A DNA stretch of 64,000 nt from Thermoanaerobaculia bacterium. GTDB lineage: Bacteria; Acidobacteriota; Thermoanaerobaculia; UBA5066. The notes under the pieces were generated by a model. That model worked only from the letters and a program-made list of their open reading frames with translations, had not been told where the DNA came from and did no database searches. The position numbers and the translations under genes are program-made. Where the stretch lies: positions 160,001 through 224,000 of the forward strand of contig CAWFJJ010000025.1 of the NCBI GenBank assembly GCA_963816185.1, read 5' to 3'. This document shows positions 10,564-19,788 of this stretch, piece after piece (position 1 is the stretch's first letter; each line of letters opens with the position of its first letter).

Positions 10564-11748
10564 TCAGCCCGCCCGAACCGCCCAGCGCAGCTTGGCGGCG
10601 GAAGAGCGGGGATTCGCGCGTCTCTCCTCGGGCTGCGCACGGACGACCGTGTCGGAGACGCGCGCGTAGAGCCCGGTCCCGAGGCCGGCTTTGAACGCCT
10701 TCTTCACACGGCGGTCCTCGCCCGAGTGGAATGTCAGGATCGCGACGCGCCCGCCCGGCGCGAGGCAATGCGGCAGGTCGCGGAGGAACGCCTCGAGCGC
10801 CGTGAGCTCGTCGTTGACGAGGATGCGGATCGCCTGAAAGGTCCGCTGGAGGGAAGATTTCTTTGCTTCGGACGCGTCGCGATTCGTTCGTCCCTCGTAG
10901 GCGGACTCAACGGCAGTCGCAACGTCCGTAGTTCGCAGAAGATTTCTTAGAAGGTGAATAGGGCCTTGGTGCCCGGCTCGCGTTTCGCCTGCTGACTCGC
11001 CGGTTCGGGTCAGGTCCGAATTGCCTAGAAGGTGAACGGGCTTTTCGCCGCGGCGCGCTTCGATCGTCTCGTGAAGCGCGGCCGCAATGCCTGCCGCTTC
11101 TGGTTCGTCCCCATACCTTCTAAGAAGATCTTCTATTTCTCCCCTCTTCATCTTCATCAGTAGTGCGCTCGCCGGCACGCCACGCTGCGGGTTCATCCTG
11201 AGGTCCAGCGGGACGTCGTGCTTCCACGAGAAGCCGCGGCTCGGGTCGTCGAGCTGCATGGAAGAGACGCCGAGGTCGGCGAGGATGAGGTCGGCGCCGC
11301 GCGCGAGGGCTTGCTCCGCGAGCAGCTTCCGGAGCCCTGCATGGTTCCTCCTCACGACGGTCACCGCGTTCGCGTCGCCGAGCGATTCTGCGAGCGCCGT
11401 CAATCTCGCTTCGGACTTCGGCACCTCGATCGGGTCCACGTCCAATGCGAGGAGCCTGCCGCCGGGCAGAATCCTTCTCAGGATCTCCGACGCGTGGCCG
11501 CCGTACCCGAGTGTCGCGTCCACGGCGACGTCGCCGGGCGCTGGCGCGAGCGCCTCGAGGACCTCGGCGACGAGGACACTCACGTGGCTTCCTGCCGGCG
11601 TCTTGCCGGAGGCGAGGACCTTCTCGCGTTCCTCCGGGAAACGAGCGGGATCGCGCTCCTTGTACTTCTCCTCGAAGCGCCGCGGATGCGTGCCGCGGTA
11701 GCGCGGACGCCGCGGCTTCCTCCCCGCGTCCTTCGCTCCGTTCGTCAC
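10564..11748 (-). CDS. rsmH: RsmH/MraW-family SAM methyltransferase with N-terminal extension
   Basis: HVSVL, DATLGYGGH, DLGVSSMQLDDPSRGFS, FQAIRILVNDEL, TFHSGEDRRVK, NPRSSAAKLR; GTG start overlaps the upstream TGA. Confidence 0.9.
   Translation of the reverse strand: MTNGAKDAGRKPRRPRYRGTHPRRFEEKYKERDPARFPEEREKVLASGKTPAGSHVSVLVAEVLEALAPAPGDVAVDATLGYGGHASEILRRILPGGRLLALDVDPIEVPKSEARLTALAESLGDANAVTVVRRNHAGLRKLLAEQALARGADLILADLGVSSMQLDDPSRGFSWKHDVPLDLRMNPQRGVPASALLMKMKRGEIEDLLRRYGDEPEAAGIAAALHETIEARRGEKPVHLLGNSDLTRTGESAGETRAGHQGPIHLLRNLLRTTDVATAVESAYEGRTNRDASEAKKSSLQRTFQAIRILVNDELTALEAFLRDLPHCLAPGGRVAILTFHSGEDRRVKKAFKAGLGTGLYARVSDTVVRAQPEERRANPRSSAAKLRWAVRAG
10944..10952 (+). repeat. dispersed TTCTTAGAA motif copy (inside rsmH-like gene)
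   Basis: GCAGAAGAT-TTCTTAGAA-GGTGAA; degenerate direct copy TGCCTAGAA-GGTGAA at 11022. Confidence 0.8.
11118..11126 (-). repeat. dispersed TTCTTAGAA motif copy (inside rsmH-like gene)
   Basis: Reverse complement reads AGAAGATC-TTCTTAGAA-GGTATG. Confidence 0.8.
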
Positions 11749-13502
11749 CGCGGCAGGGGGAGCGCCTTCCCGACCGCCTGCGGCAGCGTGACGCCGAGCC
11801 ACCGACCCACGGTCGGCGCGAGATCGTAGGGAGTCGACGGGGCGTCCGAGGAGCCGGCCTTCACGCCCGCGCCCCAGAAGATGAGCGGCACGTGGATGTC
11901 GTATTCGTATTGCGACCCGTGCATCGAGCCGCGCCCCGGGTTGTACGACATCTGGACCCCCCGGCGCGGGACGAGGATGACGTCCCCCGAGCGCTGTGCG
12001 TCGAAGTCGTTCCTCACGAAAGGGAGAGCGGGGGTCTCGCGCCACGATGCAACCTGTGACGTGAGGAGGACGTCCTCGACTTCCGCCCCCCAGACCAGCT
12101 TCACGAGGCCGGGCAGGACGCGGTCGACGTCGGCCTTCGTCACGAAGCGACCGGCCGCTCCGCAGGCGCCGGCCACGCTCTTGGCGGGGAGCGCGGCCCG
12201 GTCGTAGAAGAGGTCCCAGCCGTCCATGCCGAAGACCGGCCTCACGCCGGCGTCGAGGCAGAGCGTCTCGTCGAGCATCCGGTTCAGCCGCTCCTTGAAG
12301 TTGTCGAGCGTCGCCTTGCCGACATCGATCCGGCCGCCCGAGGCGGTCTTGTCGATCGCCTTCGCGACCTCGGGCATGACCGGGAAGCCGTGATCCGCCG
12401 AGAGCGCGACGAGAAAAGTGCCCTTCGGATAGCTCGCCTCGAGCGCGTCGAGCAGGCGGCCGATCTGCACGTCGAGGCGCCGAAGCGTGTCCAGCTCCTC
12501 CTCGGACTCGTTGCCGTAGTCGTGCGAGACGGGATCGTGACCGGAGAAGGAAAGGCACAGGAGGTCGGGCGCGTCGCCGCGGCCGAGCGCCAGCGCCGGG
12601 TCGCTCAGGAGGTCGACCGCGAGGTCGGCCGTGAGCTCGTCCACGAGCGGACTCCGGTAGATGCCTCCGAAGTAGCCCGGTGCGTCTCCCGTCGGCAACA
12701 CGCCGAACCGCGAAAGGTCGTGATCGAATCCGAGTCCGAGCGCGGGGTACTGGTAGCGCTGGACGATCGAGGCGGGAACGGGGGTTGGAAGCGATTTCGT
12801 TCCGGGAGAAGCTGCGGGCTCCGGCCACTTCTTCCAAACGAGACCGAAACGGCCCGGGAGCATGGTTCCGGCTTTCGTTTCGTTGAATCTCTTGACGGCA
12901 AGGCGGACGGCGGAAGGCGGGTCGTACGCCGCGGACGACGTGAAGCGGCCCGTCTCCTTGTCGTACCAGTAGACCGAATGGGCTCGTTCCCGGCCGGCCA
13001 GGAAGATGGCGCCGCGGTCCTTCGCCGACAGGGAGACGACGCGCGCGCCTTTCTTCGTCTCCACGAGGATGTCGCCGAGCGTCGAAACGCGCAGATTCAA
13101 AGGACCCGGAATCACGCGGGCCGTCCCGGCCGGAGCGGCCGGATCACGCTGGTCGGTGCAATAGACGGCGTGGAGCAAGCCGTTCTCGCCGATCTCGAAC
13201 CAGCTGTTCGCGACGATGCCCGTCACCCGCGGCGGCGCGCCGGTGGCGAGGGAGGCGTGGCCCGGCCCGGTCTCCGTGTTCAGGTGCTGGTAGCGCGCGG
13301 CGCGCTCGACGTAACCCTGGTCGAGAAGCCGCTTCAGGCCCGCGACGAACCAGGGCCGGTAACCTTCGAGGCGCGAGAAGCCGAGCCCGTCCACAGAGAT
13401 CACGACGGCAAGCCTTGGCGCAGGAGCCGGTGCCGGAGGGGCGGCGAGGGCGAAGACGGGAAGAAGGACGAGGCCCCGCAGGGCGCGCGAGCGTCGAATC
13501 AT
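11745..13502 (-). CDS. secreted alkaline phosphatase superfamily protein (PafA/PhoK-like)
   Basis: Signal peptide, VISVDG, TETGPGHASLATG, KDRGAI, HDPVSHDYG, SADHG, HGSQYEYDIHVPL. Confidence 0.9.
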   Translation of the reverse strand: MIRRSRALRGLVLLPVFALAAPPAPAPAPRLAVVISVDGLGFSRLEGYRPWFVAGLKRLLDQGYVERAARYQHLNTETGPGHASLATGAPPRVTGIVANSWFEIGENGLLHAVYCTDQRDPAAPAGTARVIPGPLNLRVSTLGDILVETKKGARVVSLSAKDRGAIFLAGRERAHSVYWYDKETGRFTSSAAYDPPSAVRLAVKRFNETKAGTMLPGRFGLVWKKWPEPAASPGTKSLPTPVPASIVQRYQYPALGLGFDHDLSRFGVLPTGDAPGYFGGIYRSPLVDELTADLAVDLLSDPALALGRGDAPDLLCLSFSGHDPVSHDYGNESEEELDTLRRLDVQIGRLLDALEASYPKGTFLVALSADHGFPVMPEVAKAIDKTASGGRIDVGKATLDNFKERLNRMLDETLCLDAGVRPVFGMDGWDLFYDRAALPAKSVAGACGAAGRFVTKADVDRVLPGLVKLVWGAEVEDVLLTSQVASWRETPALPFVRNDFDAQRSGDVILVPRRGVQMSYNPGRGSMHGSQYEYDIHVPLIFWGAGVKAGSSDAPSTPYDLAPTVGRWLGVTLPQAVGKALPLPR

Positions 13503-14200
13503 GCTCCTATCCTGCCACGTCGGTCCCAGCCGAAAGCCATGCGCACGCCCGAGACCGCGAGACCGAGGACGAGAGGCACGGCGACGAGGACGAGAGCGAC
13601 GTTCACGCTCTTCCAGGGCGTCCACTGCATGTAGTGCACGCGGTACGTGAAGTCGATCCAGTCGTTGAGAGCGCCCGTCTGCGCGATCTCGCCCGTCAGG
13701 CGGTCGATCGTGACGGTCTTGCCGCCGGAGAAGAAGAGATCCAGAGAAGAATTCTTAGAAAGGGTAAGAACGGAAGGCTGCGCGCGGTGAGAGGGGCCGA
13801 CCTTCACCAGTTCGCCGTAGCGGGCCGCGTGCGCGGAGGCGCGGACGGCGGCCAATCCCCATTCAGAAGAAATCCTCTCTTCTCCCTCCCCGAGAATTCC
13901 TCCCGTCTCTGCATCGACCGCGACGCCTTTCCCGTCCTTCCTCCCGAACCACGCGCCTCGCCCGTCCGGCCGAAGCGCGAACCGCGGCACGCACCCCTTC
14001 TCGAAGCGGTCGCCGGCCGCGGCCTGCGCCAAAGGCACCGTGAAACGCGAGAGGTCCGAGGAGCCGCGCACGGGCGCCTGCAGGGCTTCATACGCCTCGG
14101 CATAGCGGTGCTTCACGTGAAACAGAAGGCCCGTCGCCGTCCAGAGGACGAGCGGGAGGACGAGCGAGAGGCCGAGAAAGCGGTGAAAACGTCGCGTCAT
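13499..14200 (-). CDS. PepSY-associated TM helix domain protein
   Basis: RRFHRFLGL..PLVLWTATG N-terminus; YRVHYMQW and LAVSG C-terminal TM segment. Confidence 0.75.
   Translation of the reverse strand: MTRRFHRFLGLSLVLPLVLWTATGLLFHVKHRYAEAYEALQAPVRGSSDLSRFTVPLAQAAAGDRFEKGCVPRFALRPDGRGAWFGRKDGKGVAVDAETGGILGEGEERISSEWGLAAVRASAHAARYGELVKVGPSHRAQPSVLTLSKNSSLDLFFSGGKTVTIDRLTGEIAQTGALNDWIDFTYRVHYMQWTPWKSVNVALVLVAVPLVLGLAVSGVRMAFGWDRRGRIGA
13752..13760 (+). repeat. dispersed TTCTTAGAA motif copy (inside PepSY gene)
   Basis: GAGAAGAA-TTCTTAGAA-AGGGTAAG. Confidence 0.8.
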
Positions 14201-14277
14201 AGGGCTCAGCATGCCTCGCGGGTGCGTCAAGCTGCCGTGAAATCGGCGTGAAGCGGCTCTGATACTCTGCGGAGGCT

Positions 14278-14901
14278 GTGATCAAGCTTTTCCCGCGCGA
14301 GGAGAGCTTTCTCCCGCAATTCGTGCGCGCCGCCGAGATCATCCTCGAGGCCGCGAACGCCCTCGACCAGCTCGCGGCGGACTTCACCGAGGTGGAGCTC
14401 AAGGTCGCGCGGATCAAGCACCTGGAGCACGAGGGCGATCAGGTCGCGCACCAGACGTTCGGTCTTCTCTCGCGCACGTGGATCACGCCCATCGACCGCG
14501 AGGACATCCACACGCTCGTCAAGGCCCTCGACGACGTGCTCGACCATCTCGACGCCGCGGCCGCGCGCCTCGTCCTTTACAAGATCCCCGCCCCGACGCC
14601 GGCTCTGAAGTCGGCCACCGCGCTTCTCGTGCAGTCGGCCGAGGCGATCTGCCGCGCAGCGGGCCTCCTCGGCGACCTCAAGAACTCCGCGAAGATCCTG
14701 GAGATCTGCGTGGAGATCAATCGCCTCGAGAACGAAGCCGACACCCTGAACCGGATCTCCATCGGAAAACTCTTCGAGACGGAAAAGGATCCGATCGCGC
14801 TCATGAAGTGGAAGGAGATCTACGAGGTTCTCGAAGAGGCCACGGACCGCTGCGAGGACGTCGCGAACGTTTTCGAGCAGATCGTTCTGAAGTCCTCCTG
14901 A
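14278..14901 (+). CDS. DUF47/PhoU-like phosphate transport regulator
   Basis: LEHEGD, ITPIDREDI, LENEAD, KWKEIYEVLEEATDRCEDVA; adjacent to PiT. Confidence 0.92.
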   Translation: MIKLFPREESFLPQFVRAAEIILEAANALDQLAADFTEVELKVARIKHLEHEGDQVAHQTFGLLSRTWITPIDREDIHTLVKALDDVLDHLDAAAARLVLYKIPAPTPALKSATALLVQSAEAICRAAGLLGDLKNSAKILEICVEINRLENEADTLNRISIGKLFETEKDPIALMKWKEIYEVLEEATDRCEDVANVFEQIVLKSS

Positions 14902-14917
14902 GCCTCGCGCCCCGCCG

Positions 14918-15904
14918 ATGACCTTCGTTCTCTTCGTCGTGTTCGTGGCGCTCGCTTTCGATTTCAGCAACGGCTTCCACGACGCGGCGAACTCCATCGC
15001 GACCGTGGTCGGCACGCGGGTCCTGACGCCGAAGAAAGCGGTCATGTGGGCCGCTTTCTTCAATTTCGTGGCGGCCTTCTCCCTCGAGACGCGGGTCGCC
15101 AAGACGATCGGCAAGGACATCGTGAATCCGGCGGTCGTGGATCCTTTTCTCATTTTCGCGGCGCTCGTGGGGGCGATCGTGTGGAACCTCGCGACGTGGT
15201 GGCTGGGTCTCCCGTCCTCCTCCTCGCACGCGCTCATCGGGGGACTCGCCGGCGCGGCCCTCGTGAAGGCGGGGCCGGCCTCTCTCGTGCCGGAAGGCCT
15301 CGTGAAGACGATCGTCTTCATCGTCCTGTCGCCGCTCCTCGGGTTCGTGCTCGGCTTCATCTTCTTCCTCGCTGCCGCCTGGATCTTTCGTAACGCGCGG
15401 CCCGAGCCGCTCGATCGAGGTTTTCGAAAGGTCCAGCTCGTCTCGGCGGCGGCTTTCTCGTTCGGCCACGGGATGAACGACGCCCAGAAGACGATGGGCA
15501 TCATCGCCGTGCTGCTGTTCTCCACGGGTACGCTCAAGACGCTGGAGATTCCCTTCTGGATCGTCCTCATCTGCCACGCGGCGATCGGCCTCGGGACGCT
15601 CTCGGGGGGCTGGCGCATCGTCCGCACGATGGGCATGCGCATCACGGCGCTGAAGCCGATCGGCGGCTCGTGCGCCGAGTTCGCGGGAGCGGTGACGCTC
15701 ATCGGCGCATCGCTCGGGGGGATCCCGGTGTCGACGACGCACACGATCACGGGTGCGATCATGGGAATGGGCTCCGTTCGGCGGTTCTCGGCCGTGCGCT
15801 GGGGCGTCGCACGCTCGATCGTGATCGCCTGGATCCTGACGATCCCGGCGTCCGCCGCCGTATCGGCCGCGGTATGGCTGGGATTGTCGGCGTTCCGGCG
15901 CTGA
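14918..15904 (+). CDS. pit: inorganic phosphate transporter (PiT family)
   Basis: NGFHDAANSIAT, GLPSSSSHAL, HGMNDAQK, PVSTTH. Confidence 0.95.
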   Translation: MTFVLFVVFVALAFDFSNGFHDAANSIATVVGTRVLTPKKAVMWAAFFNFVAAFSLETRVAKTIGKDIVNPAVVDPFLIFAALVGAIVWNLATWWLGLPSSSSHALIGGLAGAALVKAGPASLVPEGLVKTIVFIVLSPLLGFVLGFIFFLAAAWIFRNARPEPLDRGFRKVQLVSAAAFSFGHGMNDAQKTMGIIAVLLFSTGTLKTLEIPFWIVLICHAAIGLGTLSGGWRIVRTMGMRITALKPIGGSCAEFAGAVTLIGASLGGIPVSTTHTITGAIMGMGSVRRFSAVRWGVARSIVIAWILTIPASAAVSAAVWLGLSAFRR

Positions 15905-15907
15905 CGT

Positions 15908-16474
15908 TCAGCCCTTCGGCCGGCGCCTCAGCAGCTTCCCGAGCGCTGCGTTGACCTTGCTTTCCCGGGGAAGGAACGGCAGCGGCGGGGTCTTTCGCAT
16001 GCCGATCTCTTCCCAGAGAGCCTTGAGGATCGAGCTTTTCGGGAGCGCCTCCACGCCCCGTTCCAGGGCCTGGATCATTTTCAGGCGCTGGCGGCCCGCC
16101 TGCCAGATGCGCACGAGGTTGACGTAGTGCTCGACCCGCGAGGACTCCTTCTGAATCGCGAGCTCGCAGAAGCTCGCGGCTTCCGCGGCACGCGTCGGAG
16201 CCGTGCGCGCGAGGCAGAGGCCGTAGTACGAAAACATGATGCCCGGCGCGCGCCGGCGCGCCTCCGGCGCCACCTCTCCTGAAGACTCACGCGCGGCCTC
16301 GCTCTTCACGTCTCGCTCGCCCGAAAAAATGCGGTAGGCCTCCGTGAGGAGGATGAGGCCGCGTTCGAACCGCTCGTCCCTGGCGGCCTCCACACCGATG
16401 CGCGTGAGCTCCATGGGATCCTTCGTCCCCGCCTCGGCGAGAAGCTCGGCGGGAATCAGGTTTCGTTCGCGCAT
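15908..16474 (-). CDS. TPR-like hypothetical protein
   Basis: Helical SYYGLCLA..CELAI..YVNL pattern; C-terminal GMRKTPPLPFLPR..N..LG; start could be 16522. Confidence 0.65.
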   Translation of the reverse strand: MRERNLIPAELLAEAGTKDPMELTRIGVEAARDERFERGLILLTEAYRIFSGERDVKSEAARESSGEVAPEARRRAPGIMFSYYGLCLARTAPTRAAEAASFCELAIQKESSRVEHYVNLVRIWQAGRQRLKMIQALERGVEALPKSSILKALWEEIGMRKTPPLPFLPRESKVNAALGKLLRRRPKG

Positions 16475-16548
16475 TTGACAGGCAGTCTCGGGCTTCGCAG
16501 CCGGGTGCGTCAAGCGGGGCATGGCCGGTCCTCGGGTATCGTCTGCGC

Positions 16549-17742
16549 GTGCGGACGCTCCACCTCGTCAAAGGCCGCGACGCGGCGACACGCCGCCGCC
16601 ATCCGTGGCTCTTCTCGGGAGCCGTCGCGCGGCAGGAAGGCGCCTCGCCGGATGGATCCGTCGAAGCGCGGGACGCCTCAGGTGCGTTTCTGGCGCGCGG
16701 GTTCGCATCGCCGGCAGCCTCCATCGTGGCCCGCTTCTGGACGTTCGAAGAGGGCCGGCCGCTCGACGCGGACCTCGTCGCGAAGCGTGTCCGGGAGGCG
16801 GTGGCTCTGAGGGACCTCGTCGTGCCGCCCGAGACGGACGGCTACCGCGTCGTGAACGCGGAAGGCGACTTCCTGCCCGGCCTCGTCGCAGACCGATACG
16901 GCGGAGCCCTCGTCGTCCAGGCGACGACCGAGGGCACGGAGCGAGCCCGTCCTCTCTGGCTGCCTCCGCTCCTCGAGGCGCTCCCCGAAGCGGCGGTCGT
17001 CCAGAAGAACGACCTGCCGTCGCGCGAGGGAGAAGGGCTCTCGCTCGACGACGAGCTTCTCGCCGGAGACACGAGCCCTCGGCGGGCGGCGTTCCGCGAG
17101 CGGGGCCTCGCCTTCGTGGCGGACATCTCCACCGGGCAGAAGACGGGTTTCTTCCTCGACCAGCGCGAGAACCGCTTCCTCGTACGGTCGCTCGCGGCCG
17201 GCCGGAGCGTCCTCAACCTGTTCTCGTATTCGGGCGCGTTCGGCGTCGCCGCCCTCGCAGGCGGCGCGACACGCGTCGTCCACGTCGACGTGTCCCGAGA
17301 CGCGCTCGAGCTCGCGCGCGAGAACCACGTTCTCAACGGACAAGCCGTCGAGGGGCCCGAGGCGCGCGTCGAGACGCGGGAAGCCGACGTCTTCGACGAC
17401 CTCAGGGTCCGCGTCGCCGCGGGCGAGCGCTGGGACTTCATCGTGACGGATCCGCCCGCGTTCGCGAAGCGGAAGGCGGACGTCGACAAGGCGTGCCGCG
17501 GCTACAAGGACGTCAACCGGCTCGCGTTTCAGCTCCTCGCGCCGGGCGGCCTTCTCCTCGCGTGCTCGTGCTCGGGCCGTATCTCGCCCGACCTCTTTCA
17601 GAAAGTGATCTTCGCGGCCGCTCTCGATGCCCGCCGTCCGGCGCGGCTTCTCGAAAGGCGCGGAGCCGGCCCGGACCATCCGGTCTCGATCGACTGCCCG
17701 GAGGGGGATTACCTGAAGGCCTTCCTTCTCGAGGCGCCATGA
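16549..17742 (+). CDS. rlmI: RlmI-type class I SAM-dependent rRNA methyltransferase
   Basis: RHPWLFSG, EGDFLPGLVADRY, GQKTGFFLDQRENR, LNLFSYSG, DPPAFAK, CSCS, YLK. Confidence 0.9.
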   Translation: MRTLHLVKGRDAATRRRHPWLFSGAVARQEGASPDGSVEARDASGAFLARGFASPAASIVARFWTFEEGRPLDADLVAKRVREAVALRDLVVPPETDGYRVVNAEGDFLPGLVADRYGGALVVQATTEGTERARPLWLPPLLEALPEAAVVQKNDLPSREGEGLSLDDELLAGDTSPRRAAFRERGLAFVADISTGQKTGFFLDQRENRFLVRSLAAGRSVLNLFSYSGAFGVAALAGGATRVVHVDVSRDALELARENHVLNGQAVEGPEARVETREADVFDDLRVRVAAGERWDFIVTDPPAFAKRKADVDKACRGYKDVNRLAFQLLAPGGLLLACSCSGRISPDLFQKVIFAAALDARRPARLLERRGAGPDHPVSIDCPEGDYLKAFLLEAP

Positions 17743-18950
17743 CGGCTCGTGTCGCGCTCGTCGGCCCTTTCCCGCCTTGGCGCAGCGGGATCGCCGACCA
17801 GGACGCGCGCCTCCTCGCCGCGATGCGGCGGCTGGGCGTCGACCCGCTCGTCATCGGCTTCTCGCGCATGTATCCGAAGTTCCTCTATCCGGGGACGTCG
17901 GACTATTCGGAGGAAGAGAACAAGAGATTTCTTAGAAGGAGAAGAGAAGGATTCGGACGGTAAGAGGCAGCGCTCCGTCGGGCAGGCCATCGCGGTTCCG
18001 CGGCGAGAAGAAGTCTCTTAGAAGGGAAAATCCTCGACGGTCTGAATCCCTACTCGTTCGTGCGGGCGGCCCGCTTTCTTTCCTTCGAAGAAGTCTCTCT
18101 CGTGATCCTTCCCTGGTGGACGTCCTACTTCGCACCGCACGTGTGTCTGCTTCTGTCCACACTCGGCGCCGAGCGGCCCGCCGCCGTGCGACTCCTCCTC
18201 TGCCACAACGTCTTCGACCACGAGTCGCACCCTCTCAAGGACGCCCTCACACGCGCCGTTTTCCGCAGGGCGGATCGCTTCGCCGTGCAGAACGCGCGCA
18301 GCGCGCGCGAGATCTCCGGCGAGCGCCCGGACGCGCCCGTCGCGCTGGTGCCGCACCCGGCCGAGCCGCGCGCCGTCCTGCCCGACCGAGACGCCGCGCG
18401 TGGCCATCTCGGCCTCCCTTTGGACGCGCCCGTCTTCCTCTTCAGCGGCCTCCTCAGGCCGTACAAGGGCTGGGACGTCCTCCTCGACGCGTTCGCGGCG
18501 CTGAGGAAGGAGGTCCCGTCGGCGCTCCTCGTCTTCGCAGGCGAACCCTGGGGCGAGGCGCGCCGTCTCGAGGCGTGGGCCCCGGCAGGCGTTCGCCTCG
18601 AGCTCCGCTACTTGTCCGAGAAAGACCGCGGGCTGTGGTTCGCGGCCGCGGATGCCGTCGTGTGCCCATACCGGCATGCGACGGGCTCCGGCATCGCGGC
18701 CGACGCCCTCGCGTACGGGCGGCCCGTCATCGGGACGACGGTCGAGGGCCTCTCGGATGTCGTCGAGGATGGGCACAGCGGCCTCCTCGTGCCTCCGGGG
18801 GACGCGCCCGCCCTCGCGTGCGCGATGACGCGCTTCGTGCGCGAGGGACTCGGACCGCGCCTCGCGGCGGGCGCGGCACACCTGAGGGCCTCGTTCGGGC
18901 CCGACGCCCATGCCCGGCGCCTGCTCGCGTTGGGCGGCGTGGCTGTCTGA
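17739..18950 (+). CDS. GT4 family glycosyltransferase interrupted by an in-frame TAA at 17961
   Basis: GPFPPWRSGIA, YPKFLYPG, CHNVFDHE, RPYKG, PYRHATGSGI. Both halves are in the same frame; may be a pseudogene or a paired-indel artefact. Confidence 0.8.
17929..17937 (+). repeat. dispersed TTCTTAGAA motif copy (inside GT4 gene); near copy CTCTTAGAA at 18015-18023
   Basis: CAAGAGAT-TTCTTAGAA-GGAGAAG and GAAGAAGT-CTCTTAGAA-GGGAAAA. Confidence 0.8.
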
Positions 18951-18978
18951 CCGACGGCGGTTGGTAGACTCGCCGCCG

Positions 18979-19788
18979 ATGGGCCAGGTTCGCATGTTTC
19001 GCGACCGCGTCGTCTCGATGGAGCAGACGCAGGAGATCGGCGAGAAGTACATCGGGCTTCTGAGCGCGCTCGCCGTCGAGGCGCTCCCCGGCTACGCGCT
19101 CTCCGCGCACGGCCTCGACCACGAGCGCGACCACTACTGGCTGACTCTGGCAAACGACGCGACAGGCCAGACGCGCCGGCTCGTCTTCACGCGCATGTTC
19201 CTCTCGGACGCGAACCGGCTCCCGGCCGTCGTCGTCGACGCGAACGCGCCCGTGAAAGCTCAGATCGTCGCCTGCATTCGCGAGCAGGCCGCGCGAGCGG
19301 AGATCCTCGTCACGGTCGCGGGGCTCCTCACGGAGGAAGAGCGGCTGGAGCGCGACGAGATCGAGGCTGAATGGCGGAAGAAGCACGAGGCCGAGCTGGC
19401 CGCAAAACGCGCCGAGGAAGAACGCCGCGCGCGCGAGCGCCAAAGGCTCAAGCAACTGGAGGACGCACGGCGCCACGCGCAGCGGGAGCGCGAGCGCCGC
19501 GAGCGAGCCGCGGCGGGACAGAAGCAGCAGCAGCCCGGCGAGGGCGGCGGGCGACGCCGGCGACGCCGTGGGCGCGGCGGAGCCGGAGGCAACGCAGGCG
19601 GGGGCCGCCCTCAGCAGGGACAGCCGGTGGTCGCAGCAGCGGCGCCGCGGCCTCCTCAGCCCGTGAATGCCCCGCCTCCCGAGGCCTCACGTGTCGAACG
19701 GGGAGGCGGCCGGCGGAGGAGACGCCGTGGGCGAGGCCGCAGCCCCGGGGGGCCGAAGACGTCGCCTCCGTCAGGCGGATCGACCTAG
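18979..19788 (+). CDS. hypothetical protein with coiled coil and Arg/Gly-rich disordered tail
   Basis: Globular N-terminus, E/R/A-rich helix, two GGGRRRRRRGRG tracts. Confidence 0.7.
   Translation: MGQVRMFRDRVVSMEQTQEIGEKYIGLLSALAVEALPGYALSAHGLDHERDHYWLTLANDATGQTRRLVFTRMFLSDANRLPAVVVDANAPVKAQIVACIREQAARAEILVTVAGLLTEEERLERDEIEAEWRKKHEAELAAKRAEEERRARERQRLKQLEDARRHAQRERERRERAAAGQKQQQPGEGGGRRRRRRGRGGAGGNAGGGRPQQGQPVVAAAAPRPPQPVNAPPPEASRVERGGGRRRRRRGRGRSPGGPKTSPPSGGST

Noticed and set aside
10944-11126. MITE defined by the inverted motif pair
   Set aside because: The enclosed DNA includes conserved RsmH sequence (YGDEPEAAGIA), so the whole interval is not a foreign insert.
16475-16510. TTGACA as the -35 of an rlmI promoter
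   Set aside because: No recognisable -10 at 16-18 nt spacing.
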